A stretch of DNA of 64,000 nt from an uncultured Nitrososphaerota archaeon (GCA_963718895.1 CAVRAG010000008.1:832001-896000), one strand, 5' to 3'. Shown: positions 21,346 through 34,174, counted from the stretch's first letter. A program made the numbers and translations. The notes: generated by a model from the sequence alone, not told the origin.

Positions 21346-21557
21346 CCACCCTGAGGTCAGGAGGACATTCCCAATGGTCTACTCGTTCCGACCTGTCCGA
21401 AGCTCTCCACGGGGAGAGTGCATCGCCTACTGCATGCCCGTTAGCGGACCGTTTGCTCCTGTAATTTCCTCGCTGACCCTTCATGTCTACATCTAGGTCC
21501 CTCTGGTCTCTTCTCCAGTCCTCTTGGTTCTCGCTGTTGAGTCGTAGCTTGTGGGTG

Positions 21558-23220
21558 CTATGACCAGGCGGTCTCCGCTGCTGCATTGGTCCCCGCGATG
21601 CGACCGGAGATGAAGGTCCAGATCATGTGTGTGCCGTGACCTGCGGGCATCGACCCGCCCTTGCCACTGTCGCCACCGGCATACAGCCTGGGGATTGGTT
21701 TGCCGGCTTCATCCACCACGTGCAGGTCTGGGAAGGAGATGTTCAGCGTACCGTTAGTCTGCTGTGTCGAGTACATCGACGACTTCATGCCGTAGAAGGG
21801 CGGGGTGAGTATTCCGGGCCCAAGTGTCGACCTATTGAAGTCGGCGTCCTTGCCTGCAGTGCAGTAGCCGTTATACTTCGTCACCGTGGCCGCCAGACCC
21901 GTCGCGCTTATGCCAAGGGCATTGGCCAGGTCTGTCAAGGTGCTGGCTTGCGACAGCACCCCCTGGGCCAGCCATTCATTGAAGTATGTGTGCCCCGAGC
22001 TAATGTGCATCACCACATTGGCTTTGGCTGGAACGCTGTCGAAGATCATGTAAGCTGTGCTATTCGTCTGCGCCAGCGTGTCTGTAGCAGTGGTGCTCCC
22101 TATCTCGTTCGTGAATCTGACCCCTTGGTTGTTGACCCATATGGCGTACGACATGATTGCTGGCTGATACTGGTAGGCTGTCAGCTTCGCGTTGGGGTTG
22201 GTGGAAGTCGACGGGTATCCATATGAGGTGTCAGGGTTGATGTGAGTGTTCACTACGTCCCACTTGAGCTGGGGCGCAGGCACGTTGTCGAGGCAAATCG
22301 GCGCGCCTCCGATAGCCATCGCCTCTATGATCGCATCGCCAGTGTCCCCTGGACATGCGGAGCTTGGCAATGAGAAGTAGCTCGGAGTCGTTCCAAACAT
22401 CCCAAGGAACTTCTTGTTGGCGGATGGGTCACCCGCGGCCAAGACCACGGCTTTCCTTGCCTTGACGTTGATGACTTTGTTTGCGCTCTGCGCAGTGACA
22501 CCTATGACACCGTTGACGGGATCTCGGATGAGAGACGTCACCGGGGTACTGTACAGGAACGTGACGCCTTTGGCGGTCGCGGCTCGCATTGAGAGTCGTT
22601 GGGTATGTTGAGGAGTTCGGTACGGCCGCCATGAGACGAGGGGCGGTGCTCGTCCCGTCAAGAAGTGGGCTGTACGGCTGCCAAATCACTCCCTGCGCAG
22701 TCAGGAAATCGATTGCCGCGGCGCCGTTGTTGGTGATAAGCGTCGCAAGCCCCGGGTTGATTCTTGGGTCGGTGCCAGGGCCCGTCAGTTCGGCAAAGTA
22801 TTGGGCGGGTGAGTCCGTTATGCCCGCTGCAGCTTGGTACTTGGTGCCGCATCCTGATAGCGTGCCAGCGCAATGGCCAGAATCCGCCAATAGCGAACTG
22901 GGCTCCTTCTCCAGGACGAGTACCTTGGCTCCGGCACCAACTGCTTCTATCGCAGCGGATAGGCCGGTTGTGCCTGCGCCCATTATGACGACATCTGCTG
23001 TGTAGTCCCAGGTTGAAGGGATTCCCAGAGTCGTCGTGGCCGTCTGCGTCTGGGTGACAGCAGGCTGCGTCGTGGTCTGAGTCGAAGTCTCTGTCGTCGT
23101 CGAGGCGGACTTCCCCAGGTATCCGCCCGTCGCACCTATCACAGCGCCGACCGCAAGGCCTGCTACTGTTCCAGCTACGAATCTCCGCCGTGTTAGTGTG
23201 CCTTTTGATTCTTCAGTCAA
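21558..23220 (-). CDS. Tat-exported FAD-binding protein A (fumarate reductase/flavocytochrome c flavoprotein family), frameshift near 22588
   Basis: TRRRFV, DVVIMGAGTTGLSAA, GDTGDA, IPRLYAGGD, GRIAGTNAA. Confidence 0.88.
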
Positions 23221-23253
23221 TCTATATCTGAGTAACGAGTTGTGTCCAGTTCG

Positions 23254-23284
23254 TATTAAGGTGGGACGTAACATGTGCAACCAA
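23254..23284 (-). promoter_or_regulatory. Shared promoter motif of flavoprotein genes (A)
   Basis: Coding strand TTGCACATGTTACGTCCCACCTTAATA, 34 nt upstream of the start. Similar to 26461 and 41785. Confidence 0.6.
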
Positions 23285-23535
23285 TCCGACATCATTTGCA
23301 CCCGCAATTCGAGATGAGTGCGAGAATCGTAAACGAATCCTGTTCTAGGCATCCGGAACGAGCAGGCTCGAAACCCCTTCATCGGCTTCGCCTGTTGGGG
23401 CGCTTGCCTTGTTGCCCTTTTGGGTCTGCGGACGTGAGGAACTTCGTAAGAATCGACCGGAAACGAGGGTCAAAGTCCGTTCGAATTGGAACCGATTCAT
23501 CAGCAGCCTCGGCCAAAACCCACCCGGCACTGCGC

Positions 23536-23909
23536 TCATACGCGAGTCAGGAATATCAGGTTGTTGAGGACCGGGGCGATGGCCCCAGCTAGGAGGGCAA
23601 GGGAGAGCACCAGATAGAAATCAAAGATATACTCGTTCATCCTGTGCCACCACCGCCACACGACGATCGACACTACCGCGAAGAACAGCGAGACGACGAT
23701 CTTTGCGATTACGTATCCTTGGACCCCTACACTGGCGATGACATAGGCAGAAATCCCGTTGATCTCCGTCCTCCGTTCGAAAGGCCGACTTCGGTCGTGT
23801 ATGCGTCGACTGCGTTGAGGATGCAGAAGACGGCGATCATCGCTGAGGCCAGCTTGATGCGGGTACTCACGGTAAGTTGCTGAATCCCGCCATCAGGTCG
23901 GGCTCTCAT
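23536..23909 (-). CDS. DUF5658-like small membrane protein (frameshift near 23770)
   Basis: LNAVDAYTTEVGLSNGG/EING...AKIVVSLFF...VLNNL. Confidence 0.6.
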
Positions 23910-23935
23910 GACCTTGTCACACAATTGGCTCGTCG

Positions 23936-24484
23936 TTAACCCTTTCGCTGGACAAATAGCCTCACCAAGGATTCTCTTGCCTGCGCCGGACCCCGCGACC
24001 TGTCTTCCGCATACTCGTGGTGCCTTTTGTTCAACTTATCCTCTTGCCCAGCGGCTGCAGCCTCCAGTGCCGTGGGGTAAACGCCGCCTGTGATCCCCGC
24101 CTTCTCGGCCTTCGACAGCATCTCGAGAGCGTCAGCCTCCACCTTCGGCCCCACTTTCGCTCGGCACGCCACGCTTGCCAGGCACTCCGCTGGGTCGGCG
24201 ACGGGGATCTTCAGGTCGAGCTCCCCGACCAGCAATCTGTATCGCCTGGGTACTGCTTCCTTTCCACGCGGCTGGCTGCTGACACGTCTCCCAGCGTCAC
24301 CGGGGCCTTCCTCTCCCTCCAGGCGGCATATAGGGGACGCGGCAGCGATTTGGGAGAGCGGCCTCTCTCTGGCGAGACTTCTATCCAGACTCTTCTTGCA
24401 TATGCGAGCAGCCTCGTCCGAGACCGCCACTGGGATTGAGAGTTTCTCGGAGAACTGACCGAGTTCCCCGAGCGCGATTCCCAC
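23936..24484 (-). pseudogene. tfb: TFB core-domain paralog, frameshifted and 3'-truncated
   Basis: Near-identical DNA to 37972-38613 (LDLKIPVADPAECL). Similarity is lost after YPTAL. Confidence 0.8.
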
Positions 24485-24485
24485 T

Positions 24486-24600
24486 TCAGTTCTGCTTAAT
24501 CGACAGTCTCTTGACCGTGTACCCTATTACCAGCCCAATCAGCAGGAGGACGACCGTCGCGCCGAAATTCGCAGTGGTCACCAGTCCACTTTCACTTGTC
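24486..24600 (-). pseudogene. Orphan C-terminal membrane-anchor fragment of a surface protein
   Basis: Encodes FGATVVLLLIGLVIGYTVKRLSIKQN*, homologous to the tail of 38615..39906. Confidence 0.65.
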
Positions 24601-24668
24601 TCTAGCTGTTCAGGAATTCGCGGGCATGGGGAGAGATGCTCCAGTGAGGAGCACCTCGCGGAGTGGGC

Positions 24669-26426
24669 CTACGATGTCCAGGGGACCTCGTTGGTAGCGT
24701 TGTTCCCGGCGATCCGGCCGAAGGCGACCAACTCGCCTAGGTTGCTGCTTCCCGTGGGATAGAGGAACGCCACGCCTGACCCGAGCTCTCCCGCAGAGTA
24801 AAGTCTTGGGATAGCTGTGCCATCGTAGCGGCAAACCTGAGCTTTCTCATTCCGTATGGGTCCTCCGTTCGTGTTTGGTCCTCCGGGCCACACCGCAACG
24901 GCATAGAAGGGCGGGGTCACAATCGGAGCCATCGTGCTAGCAGCCCTACCGAACTGGGCGTCACTCTTTGCTGCGACCGCTTGGTTCCATGTGTTTACCG
25001 TGGCTGTCAGGACCTTCGGATCGATGTTGAAGCTTATCGTGGTCGCAGGCCCCCCAATACCTGACCCAGGATACACGTCCACGATTGTCGCGCTGTTAAT
25101 GGCGTTCGCCAGGTCTGCAATGCTCGTTTGCCCCTTTATGATCCATCCCTTCGCTATCTCTGGAAGGTTGGTCGTGCTCCACGCAGGAGCACCTCCCAAC
25201 TGGGACGGAAGCTCGCACTGCGCAGCTGTCGGCTGTGGTCCGATTGGTCCGGCCAGCCTCAAGGTCTCGTCGAATATTATGAAGCTGGGGATTCGAGTGT
25301 ACTCAGGTACATCTGGATTGAAGTCTTCCATCCATATCCATCCTCCGTGGCCAGTCATGGTAGAGTCAACTTCATTTACGTACCTGTATCCGTACTTGTT
25401 TACGTAGATGTAGTTGTTGCTAGGGGTTGAAACGTTCGTAGCCGTGGGGGACCATGCCGCATTCCAGAGAATTGGGCGTCCCGCCATCGAATTGGTGTGC
25501 CATAACCCCGCCCCGACTTTGAGACCCATCTCTATTCCGTCGCCTGTGTTGAATTGCCAGCCGTAGAAGTGAACTGGGTACGACCTGAGGTAATTCAGCT
25601 TCATGTCCTCGTTGTACTCGAAGCCCCCAGTGCACAGAACCACCGCCCTCTTCGCCTGGATGTTCACCATTTCGCCCATGTTCTGAATGGCTTGCACTCC
25701 TAGAATCTCATTGGTCTTCGGGTCTTGGACGAGGTCGGTTGCTCGGGTGTTGAAGGCAACAGGAATGCCCCGACTCTGGACGAGCCCATCTAGGGCTTGG
25801 AAGAATCCAGCACCCGCGCCTGCAATCATGTACGACGTTGTCATACCTGCGTATATGCCCGGAAGCCCTGGGTACTCTTGGGCTCGTAAACTGCCGGCAT
25901 ACTTGATACCCATCGCATCAAGCCAAGCTTTATTCTGGTATGCCACTGCATCCCACGCTTGACAGTACGGCATTGGTGTTGCTCCCCAGGCTCCATTGTA
26001 GAGTCCCTCAACCGCGGCGACAGGGTCGTTTGGGCTCTCTACGCCGCCACCAGACATGTGAGTGTTTCCACCGCCGCCAGAGATCTGAGTATAAGCTGTA
26101 GTTCCGTTGGTTACTCCTAAGCTAGCGAGGCTCGGAGTCTTCTCGAGTATGAGTACTTTGGCTCCCATGTCGAAGGCGGTGATTGCGGTGATGGCGCCCG
26201 CGCCTCCGTAGCCCACGACGACGACGTCGGCCGACATGGTCCAGTTCGATGGTACCGGGACTGGTTCACTTCGGGGGGCCGCGGAGCCTCTGCCGATTGG
26301 CACCGCCCCGACCTTCGGAACAAAACCTGCTGCCCCTGCCACAGCGCCGAAGGCCGCCGCACCAGCTACCGCTGATCCCATGAACTGTCTCCTTGATAGT
26401 TTCGTACCCGATATTGGATCTGTCAA
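24669..26426 (-). CDS. Tat-exported FAD-binding protein B
   Basis: LSRRQFM, DVVVVGYGGAG, NTGDG, IPRLYSAGELG. Confidence 0.92.
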   Translation of the reverse strand: MTDPISGTKLSRRQFMGSAVAGAAAFGAVAGAAGFVPKVGAVPIGRGSAAPRSEPVPVPSNWTMSADVVVVGYGGAGAITAITAFDMGAKVLILEKTPSLASLGVTNGTTAYTQISGGGGNTHMSGGGVESPNDPVAAVEGLYNGAWGATPMPYCQAWDAVAYQNKAWLDAMGIKYAGSLRAQEYPGLPGIYAGMTTSYMIAGAGAGFFQALDGLVQSRGIPVAFNTRATDLVQDPKTNEILGVQAIQNMGEMVNIQAKRAVVLCTGGFEYNEDMKLNYLRSYPVHFYGWQFNTGDGIEMGLKVGAGLWHTNSMAGRPILWNAAWSPTATNVSTPSNNYIYVNKYGYRYVNEVDSTMTGHGGWIWMEDFNPDVPEYTRIPSFIIFDETLRLAGPIGPQPTAAQCELPSQLGGAPAWSTTNLPEIAKGWIIKGQTSIADLANAINSATIVDVYPGSGIGGPATTISFNIDPKVLTATVNTWNQAVAAKSDAQFGRAASTMAPIVTPPFYAVAVWPGGPNTNGGPIRNEKAQVCRYDGTAIPRLYSAGELGSGVAFLYPTGSSNLGELVAFGRIAGNNATNEVPWTS

Positions 26427-26460
26427 TTTAAGACGTCTGAAAATTTGCGATCTGCAACTC

Positions 26461-26492
26461 TATTTAGGCGGGACGTAATGTTTGCAAGCAAT
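26461..26492 (-). promoter_or_regulatory. Shared promoter motif of flavoprotein genes (B)
   Basis: Coding strand TTGCTTGCAAACATTACGTCCCGCCTAAATA, 35 nt upstream of the start. Confidence 0.6.
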
Positions 26493-26753
26493 TTGGGTGC
26501 AAGTGACATCATTTCCCCGGATGAGCGAGAGCGGTCAGCATAATCGAGACTTCTGTTGGGACCGCTCCCAATTCATCAGTGTCTTATCTCGGGGCGCCAA
26601 CGCTGGTCACTAAAGCCGGGCCAGGGCGCTTGTTTCTCATCTGTACATGCCTTCCCCTGATTCTCCCCGATATCCCGTTACCCATTACAATCTGAGCGTC
26701 GGGCCTGTAGAAAGATGTGCTCAATGTCGCCTCTCATCGACTCTTATCATTGT

Positions 26754-26904
26754 CTATTCGGCGACTTTCACTTTGGTCGTCGCGACCTGCTTTGGCGTCG
26801 AGACGTGCACCATGGCCTCGCCGATCTTCAGGAGCATGAACTGGGAGATGAACCTGTCGGCCTCGTGCTTGTTGACCATGAACCGAAGCATCAGGTCGAT
26901 GTCC
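26754..26904 (-). repeat. HerA-like ATPase 3'-end fragment (family A, copy 3)
   Basis: Encodes DIDLMLRFMVNKHEADRFISQFMLLKIGEAMVHVSTPKQVATTKVKVAE*. Confidence 0.95.
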
Positions 26905-27075
26905 GACCTTCGAAGATCGCAACCCCGTTCTCGCAGAGCTCCTCGCAGAGTACCCCGACGGCGTAGGAGGGGAGACTCGCGAAATTCTGTGTCCGCCTCC
27001 AAGGGGAGAAGTTCTCCAAGCAGGACCACCTTTAACTAGGCAAAAAAATTCAATGATGTAAAAGGAGTCTATAGC

Positions 27076-28513
27076 TTGAGTGAATACAGCGCCTGGTCTG
27101 CAACCGCCGCCGCGACCAGCACCATCGCCGGCCAGAATTCCCTTTCCTTCAACTTCAAGGGGAGTCTTGCGTTCAACGTTTACCTCTCGCAAGTCTCGAA
27201 TCCGGAGGGGGCCGCAGTTTCGGCCATTCCAAAGAACTCAGTTCTAGGAAGGATGGTAGGGGTATTCGACGCGGAGCTTTCGACCCCGACGAGGAAGGTG
27301 AGGGGGGAGGGGACCGTGGGGTGGATTGTCGGGGGGGTATACGACCCGACGACGGAGACGATCAGCATCGCGATTCGAAGCTGTGACGTTGATGCGACCG
27401 GAACTGACACTACCTTTGGAGACGCTGTCCAGAGGTCGGCTTCTGCGGGAGTGCCATTCTCGACAACTCTAAGCTGGGGATGGAAGGCCCCCAGAGACTA
27501 CTTGGGGCAGATTGCATGGAATTTGGATCCCTCGAGCGTCCTCGAGGCCATGAAGGTTCCTGCAGCGCAGTTCACTTCGGGACGCGAAATCGATACCTAC
27601 GTGGTGAACAGCATTCCCCTGACCGGCGTGAGAGGGTTGGAGCCTTTGGTATTGGATCTTAAGGAGCCCAAAGCGCAGACGCTCACACAGACGTTCCAGG
27701 ACGAGACCGGATTGGGGACCCGGACAACGACGTGGTCGTTCACCCTCATGCCGCACTTCAGCATCGAACGGGATGGGCGGACGGCTGATGCAAGCCATTC
27801 GTTTGTCTCGACGGATTCAATCAATCTTCAATTGGCCATTCCAGGGGTGACTCTCTCAAGGTCGGGTTGGGCAAACCTTCATTCATGGGAGGTAAAGGGA
27901 ACAGGACCGTACAGCGGGAGCGGGATCCCCAGTCAGATGCTTCGCAGCACGACGTTTAGCTTTAGGCCTAATCCAGGAGAACGGCCGACGGCCGGTTCGA
28001 TATATCGCAATCGTCCACTTCAGTACACCGTGTCGGCAACACTCAGCGGTAGAATGGAGTTCTTCATCCTCACCCAGGATGAAACAGACATCCTCCGTCA
28101 GGAGTACATCGACCACGGCGAGGGCTTCGTCCCAACGCGTGGCGACTGCGTGGACCACCGGATTGACGACTCCTTCAATGAAGGCAACTACAACTTGGTG
28201 CTAGACGGCGGGATGCAGGCCGCCTTCGACAAGGTGGTTTCGGAGTTCGGAGAAGAGCACGGTAATGTCCAGGTGGTCGGAGGGTTTCGATCCCCCCAGA
28301 GGAACAAGGCAATCGGCGACGCTCCATCCCAATAACAAGCACACTCTTGGCAGGGCCCTGAATCTGACGCCTCAGCCACTAAGCCCCAGCTCCCTGGTGG
28401 CGCTGTACCAGGCATGTGTGAGAGCTGGGTACCAAAGCAGCTGCGAAGCGGCGCCGGGCAGAACAGTTTCTCCGGGCAGCCCAGAAGGGAAGCACGTACA
28501 CATAGACTGGTAA
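27076..28513 (+). CDS. Protein with beta-rich N-terminus and C-terminal peptidase M15-like domain (frameshift near 28325)
   Basis: GFRSPQRNKAIG.../HPNNKHTLGRALNL...KHVHIDW. Paralog of 44125..45587. Confidence 0.75.
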
Positions 28514-28776
28514 GGACTGTTTCGAGATTACGGGTATTGCTCCTCACAGCCAGTGTGAGTCAGCCGATCTACGCGGTCAATACCACGACGACAATCAGGA
28601 GAGTCATGCGAGCGTAACGTGACTAACATGCGAACGACTTTGCCCACTTCGTCGGTTACGGTGAACTTCGCCGACTGTCATGCAACGGAAATTCACCAAT
28701 TCATGAAGCACTTATGGTCCTCATAAAATTTGGGAGGGGAAAGCTCCCTGGTCCTGGAGCTTTCCGGCCGTGAAAT

Positions 28777-30661
28777 CTACGATGTCCACGGGTTCTCTGC
28801 GGCGGCGTTGTTGCCCGCGATGCGCCCAAAGGCGCAGACCTCTCCCAGGTTGGACCCACTATAGATCTCGGCGAAGACGGACCCGAGTTCCCCGGCGCTG
28901 TACAGCCTCGGTATCGGGTTGTAGTCCGGGTCGCACACGCGAGCCATCTCATCCCGAATAGGACCTCCATTTACGTTGGGCCCCTCCGGCCAGAGGGGGA
29001 GCGCGTAGTATGGCGGAGTCGATATTGCGGCCATGGTCGACGGGGCCCTGCCGAAGACCGTATCACCCTTGCCAGCCGCGACGTCGTTGTTCCACTGGTT
29101 TATGGCTGCAGTCAGGTTCGCAGCGCTGAAGTGCGGGCAGCTTGTGCCTTGCGGCAGGGTTACGTTATCCATGCTTTCGGAGGCGTTCCAGCCTGGTGGA
29201 GTCGCCATCCCCTGGTTCGAACCGATGATTGTTGCCGAGGCAATATTCGCGGCCAGCGTTGGTATGTCCTGCCCCTTGAAGATGATTCCTGCCGCCACCA
29301 GGGCGTCGTTGGTCCAAGCAGTTCCTGCCGCTGAGCCTGTGAAGTTGCCGTTTGAACCCCAGCCTCCCAGCTGGACTGGTACCGCTCCGCCCCCGTTGGC
29401 CACCCCTCCTTCGTAGCCAAACACAGGTCCGGCATTGTACATCTTTGAATCGAAGATCAGCATGGTCGGGACGCGGGAGAACTCACCATATGTGAAATTC
29501 CATTCCGTGGCTACCTTCCAAGTGCTATGACTCGGAAGGCCAGTCTCACCCGCGAATCTATTGCCGTACCTGTCGGTCCAGATCCAGTTGTTTGACGGAG
29601 TGTTAAAGGCCCCGCCCATGTTGTGGGTGGGTTCCCAAGTCCCAAGACGTCCGCCAATCGAGGTCATGTGCCACAGACCCGCTCCTGCTTTCAGTGCCAT
29701 TTTGACCCCGTCGCCTGTGTTGTACTGCCAACCACCGAGGTGACAAGGTTTCAGACCCAGATAGTTCGCCTTCATGACCCCGTCGTATTCGAAGCTCCCT
29801 GTAGTGAGGACGACCGCCCTGTTGGCCTGGACTGTCACGACCTGGCTCTCGTTCTGCAGCGCCTGTACTCCTAGTACTTCACCCGTCGTGGGATTCTGGA
29901 TCAGGCCGGTTCCCCTGGTGCTGAAGAGGACGGGGATGCCTCTCGTGACGGTTACCAGTTGGTCGAGATCGTGGAAAAGTTGCCTGCCCGCGTTCGGGGG
30001 TGTGACGGTTGTCCACCCTGCTGTGGCCCCGCCTGGCCATATTGTACCATACTCCACGGAACGTGAAGTACCGGGATAATTGTATGTGAGCCCCAGTGAA
30101 TGCATGTACGCCCCGTTTTGAGCGTACATTTCTGCGAAGGCCTGACACACCTTCATCGGAGTCTGGCCGAACCAGCTGTAGTAGAAGAATGTCGCGGCCG
30201 AGACCGGATCGCTACAAGAGTCGGTATTCCCACCGCATATGTGCGTGTTACCTCCGCCACCGCTGATTTCGGTTTCGAATGTCTTGTTGTTCGCAACCCC
30301 AAGGGCAGCGAGACTCGGGGTCTTTTCGAGTATGAGCACCTTGGCTCCCGCATCGTAGGCGCTGATGGCTGCATAGGCCCCCGCCCCCCCGTAGCCCACT
30401 ACGACCACGTCAGAGGAGTACGTCCACCTAGAGGGAACCGGTATCGGGGCAGCCTTGTTACTAGGAAAGGAATCTGGAAACAGGAGATTCGTCCTTCGCT
30501 CCAGCGGTCAACGCATTGAGAGTTGACCCAGTTGCGGCGTGCGGCGCAAGAGACGTTGCTACCACTGAACCACCGATTGCGGCTGCGCCGACGGCAGCCG
30601 TCCCGAGGAAATTCCTCCTCGAGACCTTCATATCGCTAACACTCTCCTTCTCGTTATGCAT
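28777..30661 (-). CDS. Tat-exported FAD-binding protein C (frameshift near 30470)
   Basis: VSRRNFL in ORF 30461. VVVGYGGAG, NTGDG and IPRLYSAGELG in ORF 28777. Confidence 0.9.
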
Positions 30662-30855
30662 GAAATTCGCGTTTGTTAGAACGTTATTTACGGATTAGGA
30701 CGATTCTCAATTATGAGAATACACGTTGCAACGATCCACATCCAGCCCGCCTTAATGGAATCCGCCATCCCATTGAGGATCAGTCCTGCTTTAAGATTCA
30801 TACTCCTCAGGCCGCAGAAAGGGGCAGAAGGCCGAGGCGGGATTTTAGCGTCTAA

Positions 30856-32714
30856 CTAGACGCCCGAATCGTCAAGACAGCCCGGTATCACCAAGATGCT
30901 TCGCGATGAGGGCGATGCCGTGGGACTTGCCCGCGCCTTGCGCCTGCCTAGCAACAAAGACAGGCCGGCGACTACGAGTATGGCGCCCACTCCTATCCCG
31001 AAGTAAGGCGAGACGCTGGTGCTGCTGGAGGACGTACTCTGACTGCTCGTCGTCGTGGTCGTTGTCGTTGTGGACGACGTTATCGATGGGGACGTGCTAG
31101 ATGTTGTTGTGGAGGGAGAAGTGGTTGAAGTGGTTGTCGAGGACGCGGTCGACGACGATGTGGTAGTTGGGTTCGTGACTGTGAGAGACGGGAACTGCAG
31201 CTGGAACGTGACCACCGCGTTAGCACTCCCCGTATTGTTCACCGCGATGGTCACCGGGTCGTTGCCAGAGGGGCTGATTAGCGGTATCGGCATCTCGGTT
31301 GGAATGCCAGAAAGAGCCATGACTCCGCTCGCGGAGGTGGAAGTCTTGTTTTCGCCGCTCGCAAGTATTGCGATGGCGGAGGAGTTGCTGGTCGCGGTGT
31401 AGAGACTTATCATGTTCTGAAGTGAAGGAGGTACGGAGAATTGCAATCTGGTCACCTTTCCCGCAGGGACGCAGAATTGAATCGTATTCAAATCACCAGA
31501 TATGGGTTGCCCGGAGTTGAGAAGGATCGTGCCGCTGTTGCATGTCCGTGGAACGGTCGTGTAGGTCGTGGTGTCGTTCTTCTGCAATGTCGTGAAGCTT
31601 TCATTGGCGTTCACCGTCACCCTCTGACTGTATGTTCCGAGAGCTCCCGACAGAAAGACGGTGCCACCGCTGTTTAGAGCCCCGACCTGGACAATGCCGT
31701 CGAGATCATTCACAGTGAGGTGATTCCCAGCAGCCGAAAGAGAAAACTCTGCTCCACTGATAGCCGTTATTGTTGCACAGGGGCCCGAAGGGCAGTCCAC
31801 ATTCACAATCGTGCCCCAACTTCCTCTTAGGAAGTTGAAGGAGTCTGAGGCGCAGGTCTGCGGACAGTTGAGGGTGAAGTTCCCCCTTGAACTCCAGGAG
31901 AGCGTGCTCCCTCCTAGGTGGATAGTGCTGCCGTCCGAGAGGGTTACCATGTTCGGGGAAGGAATATTGACTGGCGTAGAAATCGGGCCTTGGTCGTCTT
32001 TACCGGATTCGACGCAGACGGGAGGCTGATATGAGCCTATGCTAGTTGACTAGTGTACATGTTGCAATAGGTCTGGAGCTGCCAAAGTCCAACGGTGACG
32101 CTATGAATGTCTTGGTAAGACGCCGTGCCGCCTCCTGGAAGGGTCTGGGATGTCTGCCTGTCCGTTAGGGTAGAAAAGGTGTAGCCGTCCACCCAAGGCA
32201 AATCCTCCAGGCCCGTGATACGCTGGGGCTGGAAGACGTTGGCCCTGCTAGTGAGTAATCCTGAACATTCACTCAAGCCGCTAGTTTGGTTTTCGCTCTG
32301 AGTGATTGAAGGCGACGATGCGGACAAGTTAGCCGCTTGACCTGTTACTGACCCTGTTACCCCGAATACGAATGAAACCCGTATCTCGCCACTACAAGCA
32401 AGTGATCCGTTCAAGTAGCCAATGAACTCAAAGAGATACTCGCCTTCCGGGGTCCCAGACGTATCGACTTTTCCTTCTTCGGTTACGTTGAGATAACTCT
32501 GTGATGCCAGCTGGCTGTTATAGTGGATATTCCAACCGTCCGTTGCCGTCACATTCTGGTCATCTTGAGCATCAGTAAAAAGCGTCCAAAGTCCGGCGGG
32601 GTTTGACTGGGCCTGAGCGCGGGCGGTGGAGAAGAGTGGGGGAGACGCGAGGAGAAAGATGGCAAGAAACGCAAGACCGACGACAAAACTCCCAGAGTTT
32701 CCGGGCTTCTCCAA
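30856..32714 (-). CDS. Large secreted surface protein with FecR-like segment, Ser/Thr stalk and TM anchor (break near 32040)
   Basis: Signal peptide in ORF 32037. VTLSDGSTIHL...ISGAEFSL...LDGIVQV, S/T run and TM in ORF 30856. Could be two genes. Confidence 0.6.
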
Positions 32715-32904
32715 CGTTCCTCACGAGAGGAATCTGTTTTCGTCCGAATCTATTAAGGATTGGTCTGATTCCCAGAAGGGAGAAGAGAGAGGGCGGGCTC
32801 GAGGAGCAGTCGACGAAGAGGATGAATCGCTGGAACCGTTACCAGGTCTCCGAAGTCGAGCAACCAGAGCCGATTTAAGGACCGGGAAAACCGCACCCGT
32901 CAGG

Positions 32905-33738
32905 ATGGAACTCAAGCCCTTCGGCCCGACAGGCAGGCAGGTAAGCGCCATGGGGATGGGCACCTACTACGACTTCCCCTGGATCATCAAGGCCAGACTC
33001 GGGAGCAGGGGAGGGGCGTCATCGAAGGTGGAGGCGCTCAAGGCGGGTCTCGATGGAGGCATCACGCTGATAGACACGGCCGAGATCTACAACTCTGAAC
33101 CGCTCGTAGCTAAGGCCATATCCGGGCGGAAGAGGGAGGACCTCTTCATCGCCACGAAGGTCATGTTCCTCCACCTGCGGCACGATGCGCTGGTCAGGGC
33201 CCTCGAAAGGAGCCTGAAGAGCCTCGAGGTCGACTACGTGGACCTCTACCAGGTCCACCAACCCAGCCCGTTCGTGCCGATCAAGGAGACGATGGGGGCC
33301 CTGGAGGAGATGGTCGACGGGGGCCTCACGCGCTCCGTCGGGATCTCGAACTTCTCCCTCAAGCAGACCATCGCTGCGAAGGACGCGATGAAGAAGCACC
33401 GCATCGCCTCGATCCAGATGCCGTACAACCTGGCGGACAGGAGGATGGAGAGGGAGATACTCCCGTTCTGCAGGAAGGAGAACGTCGCGCTCCTCGCCTA
33501 CTTCCCCATGGGCCACGGGAAGCTCGTCTCGAACCCAAAGCTCCGAGAGATCGGGGCGAGGCATGGGAAGACGGCCGCCCAGGTGGCGCTCAACTGGCTG
33601 CTCTCGCAGGAGAACGTCTTCCCCATCCCGAGGGCATCCCACGCGGCGCACGTTGAGGAGAACTTCGGCTCGATGGACTGGAGGCTCACCGACGAAGAGA
33701 AGAAGGAGCTGGATAGGGTCTTCCCTCCCCCGAGTTGA
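32905..33738 (+). CDS. Aldo/keto reductase
   Basis: MGMGT, IDTAEIY, FIATK, DYVDLYQVH, VGISNF. Confidence 0.93.
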   Translation: MELKPFGPTGRQVSAMGMGTYYDFPWIIKARLGSRGGASSKVEALKAGLDGGITLIDTAEIYNSEPLVAKAISGRKREDLFIATKVMFLHLRHDALVRALERSLKSLEVDYVDLYQVHQPSPFVPIKETMGALEEMVDGGLTRSVGISNFSLKQTIAAKDAMKKHRIASIQMPYNLADRRMEREILPFCRKENVALLAYFPMGHGKLVSNPKLREIGARHGKTAAQVALNWLLSQENVFPIPRASHAAHVEENFGSMDWRLTDEEKKELDRVFPPPS

Positions 33739-33964
33739 GCGGCGCGGATTCCCGATGAAGCCGACGCTCTCTTCAGAGCAGCTAACTTCACGCTCTGGTG
33801 CTATGCACCGTCCTCGTCCTGAATGGATATGCCAATTAGTCCGTCCGGTACATTGAATCGAGCAGAACAGTCATTTCCATATCCTCGAGAGGTCTGTTAT
33901 GAGCGACCGAGACCGCACGTCCGCTTTGCTCATTACCACGTCGGGCCCTGCCACTCGACAAGGG

Positions 33965-34010
33965 CTAGGGTCCAGTGATGGGCTGGATGTGGATCTCTTC
34001 GCCGTTCTCG
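33965..34010 (-). repeat. Repeat family B copy (left flank of the C39 cassette)
   Basis: Encodes ENGEEIHIQPITGP*. 33981-34010 is identical over 30 bp to 35858-35887. Confidence 0.9.
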
Positions 34011-34174
34011 TCGGGAACTTATCTTATGTTTTCCGCTGGGGTTCGCGGTTCAGTTCTCAGCAGATAGCTTTCCAATCCTTCAGGAGCTTGGAAAGCGAGG
34101 TAGGCTGTTCCGATTTGGAAAAGAGAATCAAAAAGAGGTCTATCCGAGTCGAGAGCGGGTAAGAAGTGACTCGC

